Below are positions 38,650 through 51,649 of a stretch of DNA of 64,000 nucleotides, piece after piece. The notes beneath the pieces were generated by a model. The model was not told the DNA's origin and did not search any database. It was given only the letters and a program-made list of their open reading frames with translations. The stretch comes from Octopus sinensis (lineage: Eukaryota): the NCBI RefSeq assembly GCF_006345805.1, contig NC_043002.1:118606001-118670000 (forward strand). The letters run 5' to 3'. The first letter of the stretch is position 1. Each line of letters opens with the position of its first letter. The translations under genes were made by a program, and so were the position numbers.

Positions 38650-38652
<3 letters not shown>
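36643..38652 (+). mobile_element. 5'-truncated L1/Tx1-clade retrotransposon
   Basis: Starts at KAFDRVDH. GC-rich coding region, T-rich 3' UTR and AATAAAG near 38639 before (CT)n. Confidence 0.88.
36829..38313 (+). CDS. Tx1-type ORF2 C-terminal half (RT end plus zinc knuckle), probably non-functional
   Basis: 494-aa ORF with SAYADNV (YADD changed to YADN), INREKS, LLGVWFG, LSLKGQAEV and CPRCGQSDETVLHALVQC. Confidence 0.8.
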   Translation: MRKLATLRGISRELGCGTSVSAYADNVTVIVSSHEHIEQVGETLKNYEAVTGTKINREKSVGLRLGTWRSKPMPSTSASVVGRWTDSPVELLGVWFGPDLQMEKNWNEITSRVVTLARQWAERKLSLKGQAEVANSYIASVVTIVPCSDPTITKLERILFRFLWKGCVPMVRGSICCQHPLKGRLGMPWLMMHRHALRLRHLRLHVDDGEQVWSPFVRRAFPQLVSMTELQSWIKKRPRKGEWHRECRVALKQFCRPGSTLSDSNTTQAFYRGLVEGRYDDELGANLDVDEEYLTRLFKTTFEPGPMDNFQRSLAWQCYREALPVRDKLYRHGSRNTGPTCPRCGQSDETVLHALVQCPTISDLWAYVEQLLSRVGRVGLSAESIVNIVTPPSFKREGRAIFIILVAMAKECIWWMRLKGLETNTFLSGQSLINFFKYHLKRKVRVERQFLSSECFKKRWVNVTRIACMNDEATLSMILRTRKLKTEGYPLASK

Positions 38653-38654
<2 letters not shown>

Positions 38655-38701
<47 letters not shown>

Positions 38702-38930
38702 CCTCTCCCTCTCTCTCTATGTATGTATGTATGTATGTATGTATGTATCTCTCTCTCACTCTCTCCCTGTATCTGTCTGTCTGTCTGTCTATCTATCTAT
38801 TTTTCTTTCTTTCTTTCTTCTTCTTCTTCTTCTTCTTCTCTTCCTCCTCCCCTTCCTCCCCCTCCTCCTCTTCTTCTTCATCGTCGTTGTTATCCTCGTC
38901 TCGTCATCGTAGTCATCGTCATACTCATAT
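38655..38930. repeat. Compound microsatellite (CT, TATG, TCTG, CTT, CAT)
   Basis: Read directly from the sequence. Confidence 0.9.
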
Positions 38931-39904
38931 TGTCAGATAATTCGCTCAGTTAGATCGTCTCCATACTCTAGCCATAACAAATATTTCTGTGTGGTATTTC
39001 GTTTGTGTTAAATATCTTAATCGGCTTAATATAGGCGTTATCTAATCTGTTTTTAGAAAGCTGAATATTTAAATACTGCTGTGAGTCTTGAGTGTATACA
39101 TCCTGAAATTAGAAGTTTTTTTTTTTCTTTCTATGCAACTACATCTTTCACAACCGTGAAATAGTTATTAAGTTGTTTATCACGACACAGTAATATGAAG
39201 AGCTTCAATTTTATAATAGCCACGGTCATATAAAGCGAGTGAGCACTACGCGCATACATGCACGGCGCATGCGCTCTCACACAGAAGCACGTAAGCCGAC
39301 ACACGAACTGAAACATACACGTGTGCGAGCATACTTAGCAGGCATGAGCATCCATGTTTTTACTCAAACGGAGATTCTACCTCACAGAGTGAACTCATGT
39401 TCTGGCGATGATGTGGAGAAGTAAACAAAGAATAAAGAACGGATATGTCTGCTTGACGTTATTTCTCCGTAATATCTAGATTATTCTCATCAAGCAAGCT
39501 GGCTTGATGCCGACGAGAGAATGAAGAATGAATTTGTCAATTTGAATATCTCTATCTCTCCCATTTTGTGTTTGTGTGTGTTTGTGTGTGTGCGTGCGTG
39601 TGTGTGTATGTGCGTGCGTATGTGTATGTGTGTTTGTGTAAATGTGTATGTGTGTATGTGTGTATGTGTAAATGTGTGAGTACAAAGAGAGACAGGTCAG
39701 GAGCTGTGAAAGAGAATGAAAGAGAGAAAGTGAGAAAGAAAGAAAGAGAAAGAAAGAGAGATAGAGTGTGAGAGAAGGAGGGAAGAAGGCAGCGAAGGAA
39801 GCAGAGAGAAACGGAAGAAATTTACGATTAAAATTATTTGGTTGACACTCGCAGAAATACAAAGAGTTAATTATGACGGTTCAACCATTGTTCTTCTTGG
39901 AAAT

Positions 39905-40315
39905 AGTATGTTTATATGTATATATGTATGTATGCATGTGTGAATGTATGTATGTATGTATGTATGTATGTATGTATGTATGTATGTATGTATGTATGTA
40001 TGTATGTATGTGTGAATGTATGTATGTATGTATGTATGTATGTATGTACGTATGTATGTGTGAATGTATGTATGTATGTATGTATGTATGTATGTGTGAA
40101 TGTATGTATGTATGTATGTATGTATGTATGTATATGTGAATGTATGTATGTATGTATGTATGTATGTATGTATGTGTTGAATGTATGTATGTATGTATGT
40201 ATGTATGTATGTGTGCATGTGTGAATGTATGTATGTATGTATGTATGTATGTATGTATGTATGTGTGAATGTATGTATGTATGTATGTATGTATGTATGT
40301 GTGAATGTATGTATG

Positions 40316-40349
<34 letters not shown>

Positions 40350-42328
40350 TGTATGTATGTATGCATGTGTGAATGTATGTATGTATGTATGTATGTATGT
40401 ATGTATGTATGTATGTATGTATGTATGTATGTATGTGTGAATGTATGTATGTATGTATGTATGTATGTATGTATGTATGTATGTATGTATGTAGGAATGA
40501 ATGTATGTATGCATGTATGTATGTATGTATGTATGTATGCATGCATGTATGTATGTATGTATGTATGTATGTATGTATGAATGTATGTATGTATGTATGT
40601 ATGTATGTATGAATGTATGTATGTATGAATGTATGTATGTATGTATTATGTATGTATGTATGATGTATGTATGCATGTATGTATGTAGTGTATGTATGTA
40701 TGTATGTATGTGAATGTATGTATGTATGTATGTATGTATGTATGTATGTATGTGTATGTATGTATGTAAGTTGTGAATGTATGTATGTATGTATGTATGT
40801 ATGAATGTATGTATGTATGATGTATGTAAGTATGTATGTATGTATGTATGTATGCATGCATGTATGTATGTATGTATGCATGTATGTGTGTATGTATGTA
40901 TGTATGCATGCATGTATGTATGTATGTATTTATGTATGCATGTATGTATGTATGTATATGTATGTATGAATGTATGTATGTATGTATGTATGTATGTATG
41001 TATGTATGTATGTATGTATGTATGTATGTATGTATGTATGTATGTATGAATGTATGTATGTATGAATGTATGTATGTATGTATGTATGTATGAATGTATG
41101 TATGCATGTATGTGTGTATGTATGTATGTATGTATGTGTGAATGTATGTATGTATGTATGTATGTATGTATGTATGTGTGAATGTATGTATGTATGTATG
41201 TATGTATGTATGTATGTATGAATGTATGTATGTATGAATGTATGTATGTATGTATGTATGTATGTGTGTATGTATGTATTTATGTATGTATGTATGTATG
41301 TATGCATGTATGTATGTATGTATTTATGTATGCATGTATGTATGTATGTATGTATGAATGAATGTATGTATGTATGTATGTATGTATTTATGTATGCATG
41401 TATGTATGTATGTATGAATGAATGTATGTATGCATGTATGTATGTATGAATGAATGTATGTATGTATGTATGTATGCATGTATGTATGTATGTATGCATG
41501 TATGTATGAATGTATGTATGTATGTATGTATGTATGTATGAATGAATGTATGCATGTATGTATGTATGAATGAATGTATGTATGTATGTATGCATGTATG
41601 TATGTATGTATGCATGTATGTATGAATGTATGTATGTATGTATGTATGTATGTATGTATGTATGAATGTATGTATGAATGTATGTATGTATGCATGTATG
41701 TATGTATGTATGTATGAATGAATGTATGTATGTATGTATGTATGTATGTATGTATGTATGTATGAATGAATGTATGTATGTATGTATGTGTATGCATGTA
41801 TGTATGTATGTATGCATGTATGTATGAATGTATGTATGTATGCATGCATGTATGTATGTATGTATGTATGTACGTATGTATGTATGTATGCATGTATGTA
41901 TGTATGTATTTATGTATGCATGTATGTATGTATTTATGTATGCATGTATGTATGTATGTATGAATGAATGTATGTATGCATGTATGTATGTATGTATGTA
42001 TGTATGTATGTATGTATGTATGTATGTATGTATGTATGTATGTATGTATGTATGTATGCATGTATGTATGTATGCATGTATGTATGTATGGATGCATGTA
42101 TGTATGTATGTATGTATGTATGTATGTATGTATGTATGTATGTATGAATGAATGTATGTATGTATGTATGTATGCATGTATGTATGTATGCATGTATGTA
42201 TGTATGTATGCATGTATGTATGTATGTATGCATGTATGTATGTATGTATGCATGTATGTATGTATGTATGTATGTATGTATGTATGTATGTATGTATGTA
42301 TGTATGCATGTATGTATGAATGAATGTA
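39905..42328. repeat. About 2.4-kb (TATG)n array with variant units
   Basis: TATG backbone interrupted by TGTGAA, GAAT, GCAT and TTTA variants. Confidence 0.97.
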
Positions 42329-42399
42329 TCTGCGTGTGTGTGAAGGGAGCCGCACGTGCGATATGCGTAGCTGACTTTATTCCTCCACAGTGTCTCTAA

Positions 42400-42477
42400 A
42401 CATCTCTTGAAACTATATATACATGCATATATAGATATACTTATATATAAACTTAGATAAACTTAGATATGTTTCGA

Positions 42478-42546
<69 letters not shown>

Positions 42547-42702
42547 TTATATACATATATATATATATATATTTATATATGTATATATATGTATATATAT
42601 ATATATTTTATATATGTATATATATGTATATATATTTTTATATATGTATATATATATTTTTATATATGTATATATATATATATATATATATCTATATATA
42701 TA

Positions 42703-42786
<84 letters not shown>

Positions 42787-42805
42787 ATATACATATACAT
42801 ATATA
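42400..42805. repeat. Degenerate (TA)n array
   Basis: Read directly from the sequence. Confidence 0.95.
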
Positions 42806-45800
42806 GACATCTAAGACCTTGTTGTAGGTAACCACTGACAAACCGGAAAGACAGTTAGGCATCATATTGGAAAGACAAGAGGACTGCTCGGAAAGACGAG
42901 CGGACAATAGGAAAAACTAACGACACCAGGAAAGACTGGCGGAGGCTGCGGACTTACGATCCTCGCCTTTGTAATATATTGTAACGGAAATGAATAGAAA
43001 TGACAGCCCCACGATTGACCGAGAGGGGGGAATCGAGAATCAATCAAACCCAGTCAGCACGGAAATGCCCTTGGGATCGAGTACGGTTATTCATTCGAAT
43101 AGCGAACGAAATGCAAACAACTTTTGATGCAAGCGGTGCTGTAGAACCTTTGCAACTGTAAGAGGCTTGAAGATACATCAAGGAAAGACCTGTGAGAAGA
43201 GGACAGAGCAGTGTGGATCATCTGATCGTAAAACACGTGGCAAATCATTCTCAAACCACAGCGGATCGATAAATGCTACAGCAGAGACCTCTTCACGTGA
43301 TGAAACTACAAGTCATGAAACTGGTGCATCAGATAATACTCAGAGGAAACCGAGGGTTTTGTGGCCTGCTGCTAATGAGAAAGGGAAATATAAAGAGTTT
43401 GAAAACAAGTTATGTCGGGCTCTTTATAAAATGACAGACTGTACAGTGGAGAAACTGGGTAAATTATCAAGCTCAATATACGATACAGGAAAGAATTTAT
43501 TTGGAGTAAAAGAGAATATCCGACTAGAGAAAGGAAAGTGTGGACCAAGCAGGAGGATCAGAAAAATGTAGCAGTTGAGGAAGGAAAAGACCAACCTAAG
43601 AAAGCGATGGAGATGTGCTACACAAGATGAGAAACCTGGCCTCGCGCTGCTGTATAACGATTTGAAGAGGAAATGTCGTTATGTGCAACGACATATCCGC
43701 CGATATGAGCGTCGAAAGGAGAGTAAAAGGACCCGGGAGCAGTTTTTGAAGGGTTTACTAAGAAGCTATTCACTGAACCGAAGAGTGGTTCTTTATCGTG
43801 CACTAAAGAAGAATTGGATGCTCATATCAAGGAAACCTACAACGATCCGCACCGTAACCAGCCGCTGCCACCTCTACAAGGGCTAAATCATTTCTCAGGA
43901 CCTGATATCGAATTCCAGATTGGGGACATCAGGGAGAGAGAGGTGAATGACTTCGTAAGAAAAGCTAGAGCAAAGAGTGCCCCAGGATGTGATGGCGTCT
44001 CATATAAAGTCTATAAGTATTGTAATCGTCTGCGCAAGAAGCTCTTCGACAACTGTGGAGCGAGGAGACTCTAGTAGAGGATTGGTGTAAGGCAGAAGGT
44101 ATATACCTGCCGAAAGAGGTCAATGCAAAGTCCATAAAACAGTTTATGCCGATATCCTTATTGAATGTGGAAGGCAAGATCTCTTTGGGAATTCTGTCGA
44201 GGAGAACAGTGACATATTTACAGAATAACGGGATCCCTGGACGCGTTGAACACTGTTTTTCGTCGCCAAACAGAACAGGAAAAGTCTGAACGTGGTATGG
44301 CTTGACCTAGCTAACGCGTATGGTTCAGTGCCACACGAATTACTAATGAGAGCCATGGGCCACTTCCACATCCCAGACAAAGTGATCAAAATAATGAGGA
44401 TCTACTATGACAGTTTCGAAATGAGGTTTACAATTGGAGATTTTACAACAGATTGGCACCGATTGGAGATTGGCATTGCTGCTGGCTGTACAGTATCTGT
44501 CACGTGGTTTATCATAGTCATGGAGATGATTTTGAAAGCTGTAGATTTTTCGGAACAAATCGCCTAAGAAAGCCTTCATGGATGACGTGACACTTCTAGA
44601 TACAGATAAACAAATCATGCAGAATACCCTCTTGAGATTAGACGAACTTGTGAGGTGATCAAGAATGCGATTTAGAGCAAAAAAGCCGCGTAGTCTGACA
44701 TTTGTTAAGGGAGTACAGAAAGAATTTAAGAATAGCTGAAAAAAGCATTCCAACAGTCAAGGAAGAGCCCGTCAAGAGCTTGGGGCGAGTATACACTGGA
44801 ACATTGTCAGACAGAAGTCGAGGGATTGAAATTATGAAACAGGTCGAGGCTGAGTTATCAGCGATTGATGTTTCGAAGTTACCAGGTAACTTTAAAATTT
44901 GATGCTTGCAGTTCGGCTTGGGACCCGCGACTTGCGTGGCCGCTTTTAATATACGAAGTAGCATTGTCACGAGTTGAAATCATTGAACAAAAATGTAATG
45001 TGTTCATTAGAAAGTGGCTAGGCCTACCTCGTATGTTGAACAGTTCAGCTCTTTATCGTAAAAGAGGTTCGTTGCAGCTACTAGGATCAATAGCCGAAAT
45101 ATATAAACTGGGGAAGATACGGACGGTCATGATGCTGAGAGAATCGAAGGATATGGAAATCAGGCGTAACCCACCAGAGGTGAAAACAGCCAGGAAGTGG
45201 AAAGCAGAAGCAGAAACTGACAACATCTTGTCTTCTCTTATACACAGAAATATGGTGGATACAACGCAGAACCATCGGAAACGACTTGGTTTTGGCGCAG
45301 ATCAGTTCAGACCGTTTGCAAGCACGATGCGGAGTGAACGCAGATCTGTTGTTAGCAACAGCGTCAAAACGAGAGAAGCAGAGAGAAGAGGGCTTCATTT
45401 GATCCGATGTTTTCATCAAAGACAGATGACGAGATGGGAAGAACATGTTATTGAGAGAAAAATAAGTTGGGATGAGATATGGAAGTGGACGACATCTTGG
45501 CTGAGTTTCATGATTCGTTCATTTTATGATGTTTTGCCATCACCTACGAATCTAGTAAGATGGAACGTTTCAGAGAATGACATCTGCAAATGTGGAAGGG
45601 TCGGTACACTGAAACATATTCTTTCCAGCTGTTCATTAGCATTGAACAGGTATACATGGAGGCACAACGTGGTCCTTAAGGTTATCTTCAATGCTACAAA
45701 TAACCAAATTCATCTCAACAAGACTGAGAAAAAACCGTTAAAAGTACCATCTAGAGATTTCGTTACCTTCGTGCGACCAGGTCAGCGGATCCGTTTCAAG

Positions 45801-45965
45801 AAGAAGATCAAGAAACTTCCTGTGAGAGATGAAAATTGGAACGGCTATTGGGAGGTGACTGCAGATTTATCTGGGTGCCAAGGATTCTTTCCCATCCCAA
45901 ATACGAAAAAACCCCCAGATATTTTGATGTGGTGTGAAAGAAGGAAAGTTGTAAATATAGTCGAT
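42806..45965 (+). mobile_element. HERO/NeSL-like non-LTR retrotransposon, decayed and cut within the REL domain
   Basis: N-terminal zinc finger CKRCCRTFATVRGLKIHQGKTC, APGCDGVSYKVYKYC, PISLLNVEGK, WLDLANAYGSVPH, AFMDD, CKCGRVGTLKHILSSC, RYTWRHN and PDILMW. Confidence 0.88.
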
Positions 45966-45974
45966 GATTTTTTA

Positions 45975-48900
45975 TTAACCATAAGAGGTCTTACATAGAG
46001 GGGATACTACAACACATTGGGGACACAAAACATTGCACATTCTTCCCCAAGTTCCTTTACAAGGTCTTCCGGAATTACCGCATACATTACCCCCACCCTG
46101 TCCTCACAGTCATTCCATGTATGTATATGTATATGTATATATATATATACATACATATACGAATCTATATATACATACACGAATCCGCATGAACATCACC
46201 CTGTACATAACTCCATGTCCCCCTACATGACCTTGCTTTTTGCTTTTTGAGCCCCAAAATTAACTTAACTTAACATGTGAGAAGGGCGGCAGCTGAACAG
46301 CAGTCTTTTTTGTGCATGGCACAAAAAATTGTTCAGCAGCTGACCTGGCTACAAGCACAAAGCTGGAACTACCACCACATAAGGCCACCTCCAACAGATG
46401 CAGGATGGCCACCACAGACACCAACACCAACACACACACCACAAAAATATTTCTACTGAATGTAGGAGGGCTGCTGCGCGGAAACTGTAAAAAGAAAATT
46501 TCATTCCTGAGAGACCTTGTGACATGCAATCAAGCTATATGCATGGCACTCACAGAAACGCATCTTGAACCCGATATAGGTGATGCAGAAATACACATGC
46601 CGCAATATGCAGTCATACGCACAGATAGAAAAGGGAGGAGCCATGGTGGAGTTGCAATGTACATCCGAGATGACCTCACGCCCCAGGTCCTGCTGTCATA
46701 TTCAAACTCAGTATGTGAAACTCAAATTGTACACATAAGACAACTGAATATCGTCATATGCACTACATATCGCCCACCAGACGCCCCAAAACACTCAGGC
46801 ATGTTTGAAGACTGCCTAACAAAAATAGGAGGAGTCCTCACCAACCTTGAACAGCACAACAGTGTATTCTTCATGGGTGACTTTAACCTCCCCAATGTGG
46901 AATGGCCTGGGGGGCAGATGCTCCCAGGGATGACACACCATCAGCAGGCACAGGTGGAGTCCCTGCTCCATCTCACAAATACCTCTTTCATGGAGCAAAT
47001 AGTTCTGCAACCAACAAGGGCAGATAATATACTGGATCTCTGCTTTACAAACAATATGGATATTATCCATAATGTTAATGTGATGCCGACAATGATCTCG
47101 GATCACAACATAATAGAGCTGTCTATGTATGGAACAAAAGCCCCCGCAGACACACAGCCTATACGAAGCACCCACCATCTCTCCAACTTAAACTTTCATA
47201 AAGCCAACTGGAAGTCGATTGAGAAAGAGATCCTCAAACAGGATTGGCCTGAATGTCTCTCCACACCGGACATAAACATGAAACACAAACACTTCATGTC
47301 CATAATACAAGCCATATGTGATAAATATGTCCCAGTGAGCAGGGCCAGCACACACAAGAACAAAAACAGGATCCCTAGAGAAGGGAGGATTCTTATGAGA
47401 TGACGGACAAGGATTGCAAACCGCCTGAGCAAGCACACCAAAAGTGGTGAGAAGTCTCGGCTCGAAAGAATGCTAATGGAAACTGAGAAAAGTCTACATG
47501 AAAAGGAGAGAGCAGATAAAGAAGCTTGGGTAATAGAAAATATAAAATCAAACCCTAAAGCTTTCTTTAAGTTTGCCAAAGAGACAGCCACAGTGCACCA
47601 GAGAATAGGACCTCTCTTCCAAAAAGATGGCTCTCTCACAGGAAATCCCACGAGGATAAGTGAAATACTGAATGAACAGTTCCAAAGTGTGTTCACTACA
47701 CCTCTAGGACACAGGCAAGTAAACAACCCAGAAGAATTCTTTGCCACTTTACCAGCGACCAAAGAGACAAAAATTGAGTACATCAACATCGAAGAAGATG
47801 ATATCACACTAGCCATTGATGAGATTGACACAAACTCAGCTGCTGGACCTAATGGATTCCCAGCGATCCTTCTCAAATCGTGCAAACGAGCCCTTGCAAA
47901 ACCGCTACAGCTTCTTTTTCAGAGCTTTCTTGCAAGTGGTAAGCTCCCAGTCAAACTGAAAGAGGGGGTAATATGCCCTATCCATAAGGGAGGTAGCAGA
48001 GCAGATGCTAAAAATTATAGGCCTATCTCTCTGACCTCACACATCAGCAAAGTCATGGAACGAATAGTCCGTAAGAAACTAATCATGTCCTTGAAGAAAA
48101 TGACTTACTGTCTGACACCCAGCATGGATTTCGACCAGGTAGAGGCTGCCTAACACAGCTCCTGCAACACTATGACTGGGTGTTGAAACAGCTACTAAAT
48201 GGGTCAAATGTGGATGTAATATATCTTGACTTTGCAAAAGCCTTTGATAAAGTCGACCATGGTATGATCTGTCACAAACTGCGTGGTCTCGGCATAGGCG
48301 GGAAACTTGGAGAGTGGCTGCACAACTTCCTAAAAGACAGAAAACAGGCAGTTGTGAGCAATGGAGCCACCTCCAGGGAAACGCAAATAACAAGCGGTGT
48401 CCCACAGGGCACTGTCTTGGGGCCACTGATGTTCATAGTGGCCCTTTCAGACATGCCTTCAGTTGCTACGATGACCACCCTTGCTAGCTATGCAGATGAC
48501 ACAAAAGTCTCCCACGCAATACAAATATGAAAATATTGCGCATCTGCAACATGAGCTGGACACAATATACAGGTGGGCTGAGGACAACAACATGCAGTTT
48601 AATGCAGGTAAGTTCCAGGCCCTGCGCTACTGGCACACAAAGGTAAATGACGTGAAGACTGGATACACTGGCCCAGGAAGAATTGCAATCCCTGAGTCAA
48701 AATCAGTGCGTGACCTGGGCATTGACATGAGCAATGATGCATCTTTCCAAATGCATATTGCTAATCTGGTGATAAAATGCAGACGGCTAGCTGGATGGAT
48801 TCTCCGAACTTTCAGAACAAGAGAGAAGGAGACACTGATGGTCCTATGGAAAACATTTGTCCTCAGCCGCTTGGACTACTGCTCCCAACTTTGGTCACCA

Positions 48901-49480
48901 CACAATATAAAACAAACAGCAGAACTCGAAGCAACTCAGAGAAGCTACACAAAGAAAATCGTCTCAATGCAAAATGTCAGCTACTGGGAAAGACTGAAGG
49001 TATTAAACCTCTTCTCCCTGGAGCGGAGGCGGGAGAGATATGCAGTGATATACATCTGGAAAATCCTGGAGGGTCTTGTCCCAAACTTTGGCATTCAAAG
49101 TTACTCCAACCGCAGAACGGGGCGCCGCTGCGTGGTGCCAAGGATTCCAACATCACCATCAAAATACAGGTCCAGATACTGCAACAGCTTGGGTTTCAGA
49201 GGACCACAGCTCTTTAACATCCTCCCTAAATGCCTGAGAGACTTACATGGTGTGGATGTGGGTTTCTTTAAAACTAAACTGGATCTCTTCTTGTTGGGAG
49301 TCCCAGATGAACCTACCTCACGACAGGAGACACGGATGCGGGCAGCAGCATCGAACTCCCTTGTTGATCAAGTGCCACGTATCAGAGGTGGATTCACAAA
49401 CTAGTGTAGCTCATTCAGCGGTGGTGCCCCAGCATGGCCGCGGCCTTCGGGCTAAAACATTTTTAAGGATTTAAGGATTT
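45975..49480 (+). mobile_element. CR1/L2-group LINE, 5'-truncated in the ORF1 tail
   Basis: Pro-rich ORF1-like end to 46230, APE-RT ORF2, short 3' UTR with a stem-loop, and a (TTAAGGAT)2 tail. Confidence 0.9.
46312..49404 (+). pseudogene. LINE ORF2 (APE endonuclease plus reverse transcriptase) with 1 nonsense and 2 frameshift lesions
   Basis: LTETHL, GGVAMYI, YRPP, GDFNLP, SDHN, YRPISLTS, QHGFR, YLDFAKAFDKVDH, SGVPQGTVLGP, YADDTK and LDYCSQLW. TGA at 47401, frameshifts near 48088 and 48525. Confidence 0.92.
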
Positions 49481-49486
49481 ATATAT

Positions 49487-49520
<34 letters not shown>

Positions 49521-50480
49521 GTATGTATGTGTGTGTGTGTGTGTGTATGCATCATTTAACATCTTTTTTCGTGCAAACATCCCTTAAAGGGAAATAAAAC
49601 TAGTAATGATTCCGTTCCAATATTTAAAAACGATTTAATCTGTTGTATTTCTTCTCAAATATTCGCTTAAAACCGGAAGTTCCAAGTAACTCTTCTGTGT
49701 ATGAAGTTCAACATTTCTGCATAGAACACTTTTGTATTATGTACCAGTATTTTCATATATAAACACTGCCCACACACAGGTATCACATCCCCAAGCACGT
49801 ACGGTAACTAAACACACCTGAATCTCACCAGGCACATCTTATAGCATTTAATAGAGGCATTTATTGAATAAGAGCTGTGTTACTAATTAGCAATTAGTTC
49901 AAACTACGACTAATGTTTATGCAAAATACATAAACAGAAGTACTGAATTTCAGTCATATCCATATGTAAAAAATATGTGAATATTTATTTTATGGTAACC
50001 TTTCGGGACTTCTAGCTGTTTTTTCGATGACTCACAACTTCAGCAGGCATAAGTAAAAACAAGGTAAAAGACAGGCTCCTGTAGAACGTTGCTGCAAATG
50101 ATGAGCGGTAACGATGGATAGAATATAAAGCGGGAGAATGTTAAACTGCTACAGTATGTCAATGAAAGGAAAACAGAGTAGTCAATCATGCTTAAGAATA
50201 TGCTATTTATATAAACTCATTTTTTCCCCTTCTTGTCACTTGAGTTTCACACCACTGCAGCCATCAGCAATACTGCTTATTCCGAGCTGGCTTTAGAGTC
50301 GTGGCTTCATTTGTGCAAGTCTCAAATGACAGCCATATGCAAAAGAGCAAACGAGTTTCAATGTACAATTACAGCATGTCAAATGACCAATAAAAAAAAA
50401 AAAAAAAAAAATTAGCATGATAATTGTTGCAATATGAAGCTCGAGTTGCTAAGAAGAAATTTAATCAAATACCCCACCGC

Positions 50481-50498
50481 TATATATATCTATATCTA

Positions 50499-50589
<91 letters not shown>

Positions 50590-50590
50590 A
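50481..50590. repeat. (ATCT)n microsatellite
   Basis: Read directly from the sequence. Confidence 0.95.
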
Positions 50591-50596
50591 AAATGG

Positions 50597-51078
50597 ATCT
50601 CTGAGCGAGGTATAAACAGTGAAGTATAAACATCGTGAAGTATATTTGCCACTTAAATGTGGCTAACCCTTAAGGGTTGATGCTACTGTAGCTTGTATAC
50701 CCAGGAAGACATCTCCTGCAGCTGGCTATTGACATAATATCTGTGTCCTCTCAGTATTTGCAAAGAGTAGTAATAGTTCCTATCCTCAGCTTGACGTGAT
50801 ACACACGTACCCGAGTTTCTGATTATTGACTCGTCATCAGCGTGTGACAACCACCGGTTGGCGATGGGAAATGATTCTCGATGCAAATATATATATACTT
50901 TTTCCAGTGACGAAAAGTCACTGATCTCGTAGCTATAGTGTATCAATAGCCAACTGGGGGAGATGTCTTCCTGGGGCTACAAGCTACAGTAGCATCAACC
51001 CTTAAGGGTTAGCCACATTTAGGTGCCAAATATACTTCACGATGTCGTGCAGCTGCTGTATATACATCGCTCAGAGAT
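50597..51078. mobile_element. 482-bp fold-back/MITE-like element with about 140-bp inverted arms
   Basis: Arms 50597-50736 and 50939-51078 align without gaps and include a 44-nt perfect stretch. No TSD recognised. Confidence 0.75.
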
Positions 51079-51649
51079 GTATTATTGCTTGTTTCCACTT
51101 TTTCGAGATCAGTGACTATATTAAGTCGATTAAGATATTTAACACAAACGAAATACTACACAGAAATATTTGTTATGGCTAGAGTATGGAAACGATTCAA
51201 CCGAGTGAATTTTATGCATTTGTGTACATTTAAACTAATTTACCGTCAAAATAGAACCAGTCATCTTGTAATGCCTGTCATTGAAACCTATAATGGCGAC
51301 CGAGAGAGGGGCAAAAGTGTTGTACCAGCTTTTGTCACTTAAATCCAAAAATGGCGTACAGATGTCTCAATATAATTTGAGTTCTTGATCCGTTTTGTAT
51401 TTTATAATGTTCTTTGGCGATGGATACCTGGCGACGAGTAACGTCATAGCCTCGCTCATGTAAGGAAGAAAGTAAGTCAGAATAGTTAGGCTGAATGTAA
51501 GACGGTTATCATCTGACAAGATGAAGCAATCATCGTCATCATTATCATATGTATATGTGTGTATGTGTGTGTGTGTGCGTGTATGTGTGAGTGGGTGTTT
51601 ATGTAAAAGAAGTACAAATAGGCTATCAATTTGAAATATTCCCGTTGAA

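Noticed and set aside
39871-42399. Many long ORFs (up to 459 aa) of YIHT or MYVC repeats
   Set aside because: They are translations of (TATG)n, which lacks stop codons in most frames. The same applies to the YI, HT, CV and LS repeat ORFs throughout the window.
49884-50417. Possible processed retrocopy ending in A20 with an AATTAGCA TSD
   Set aside because: An 8-bp AT-rich match is weak, and the interior has no coding or repeat signature.
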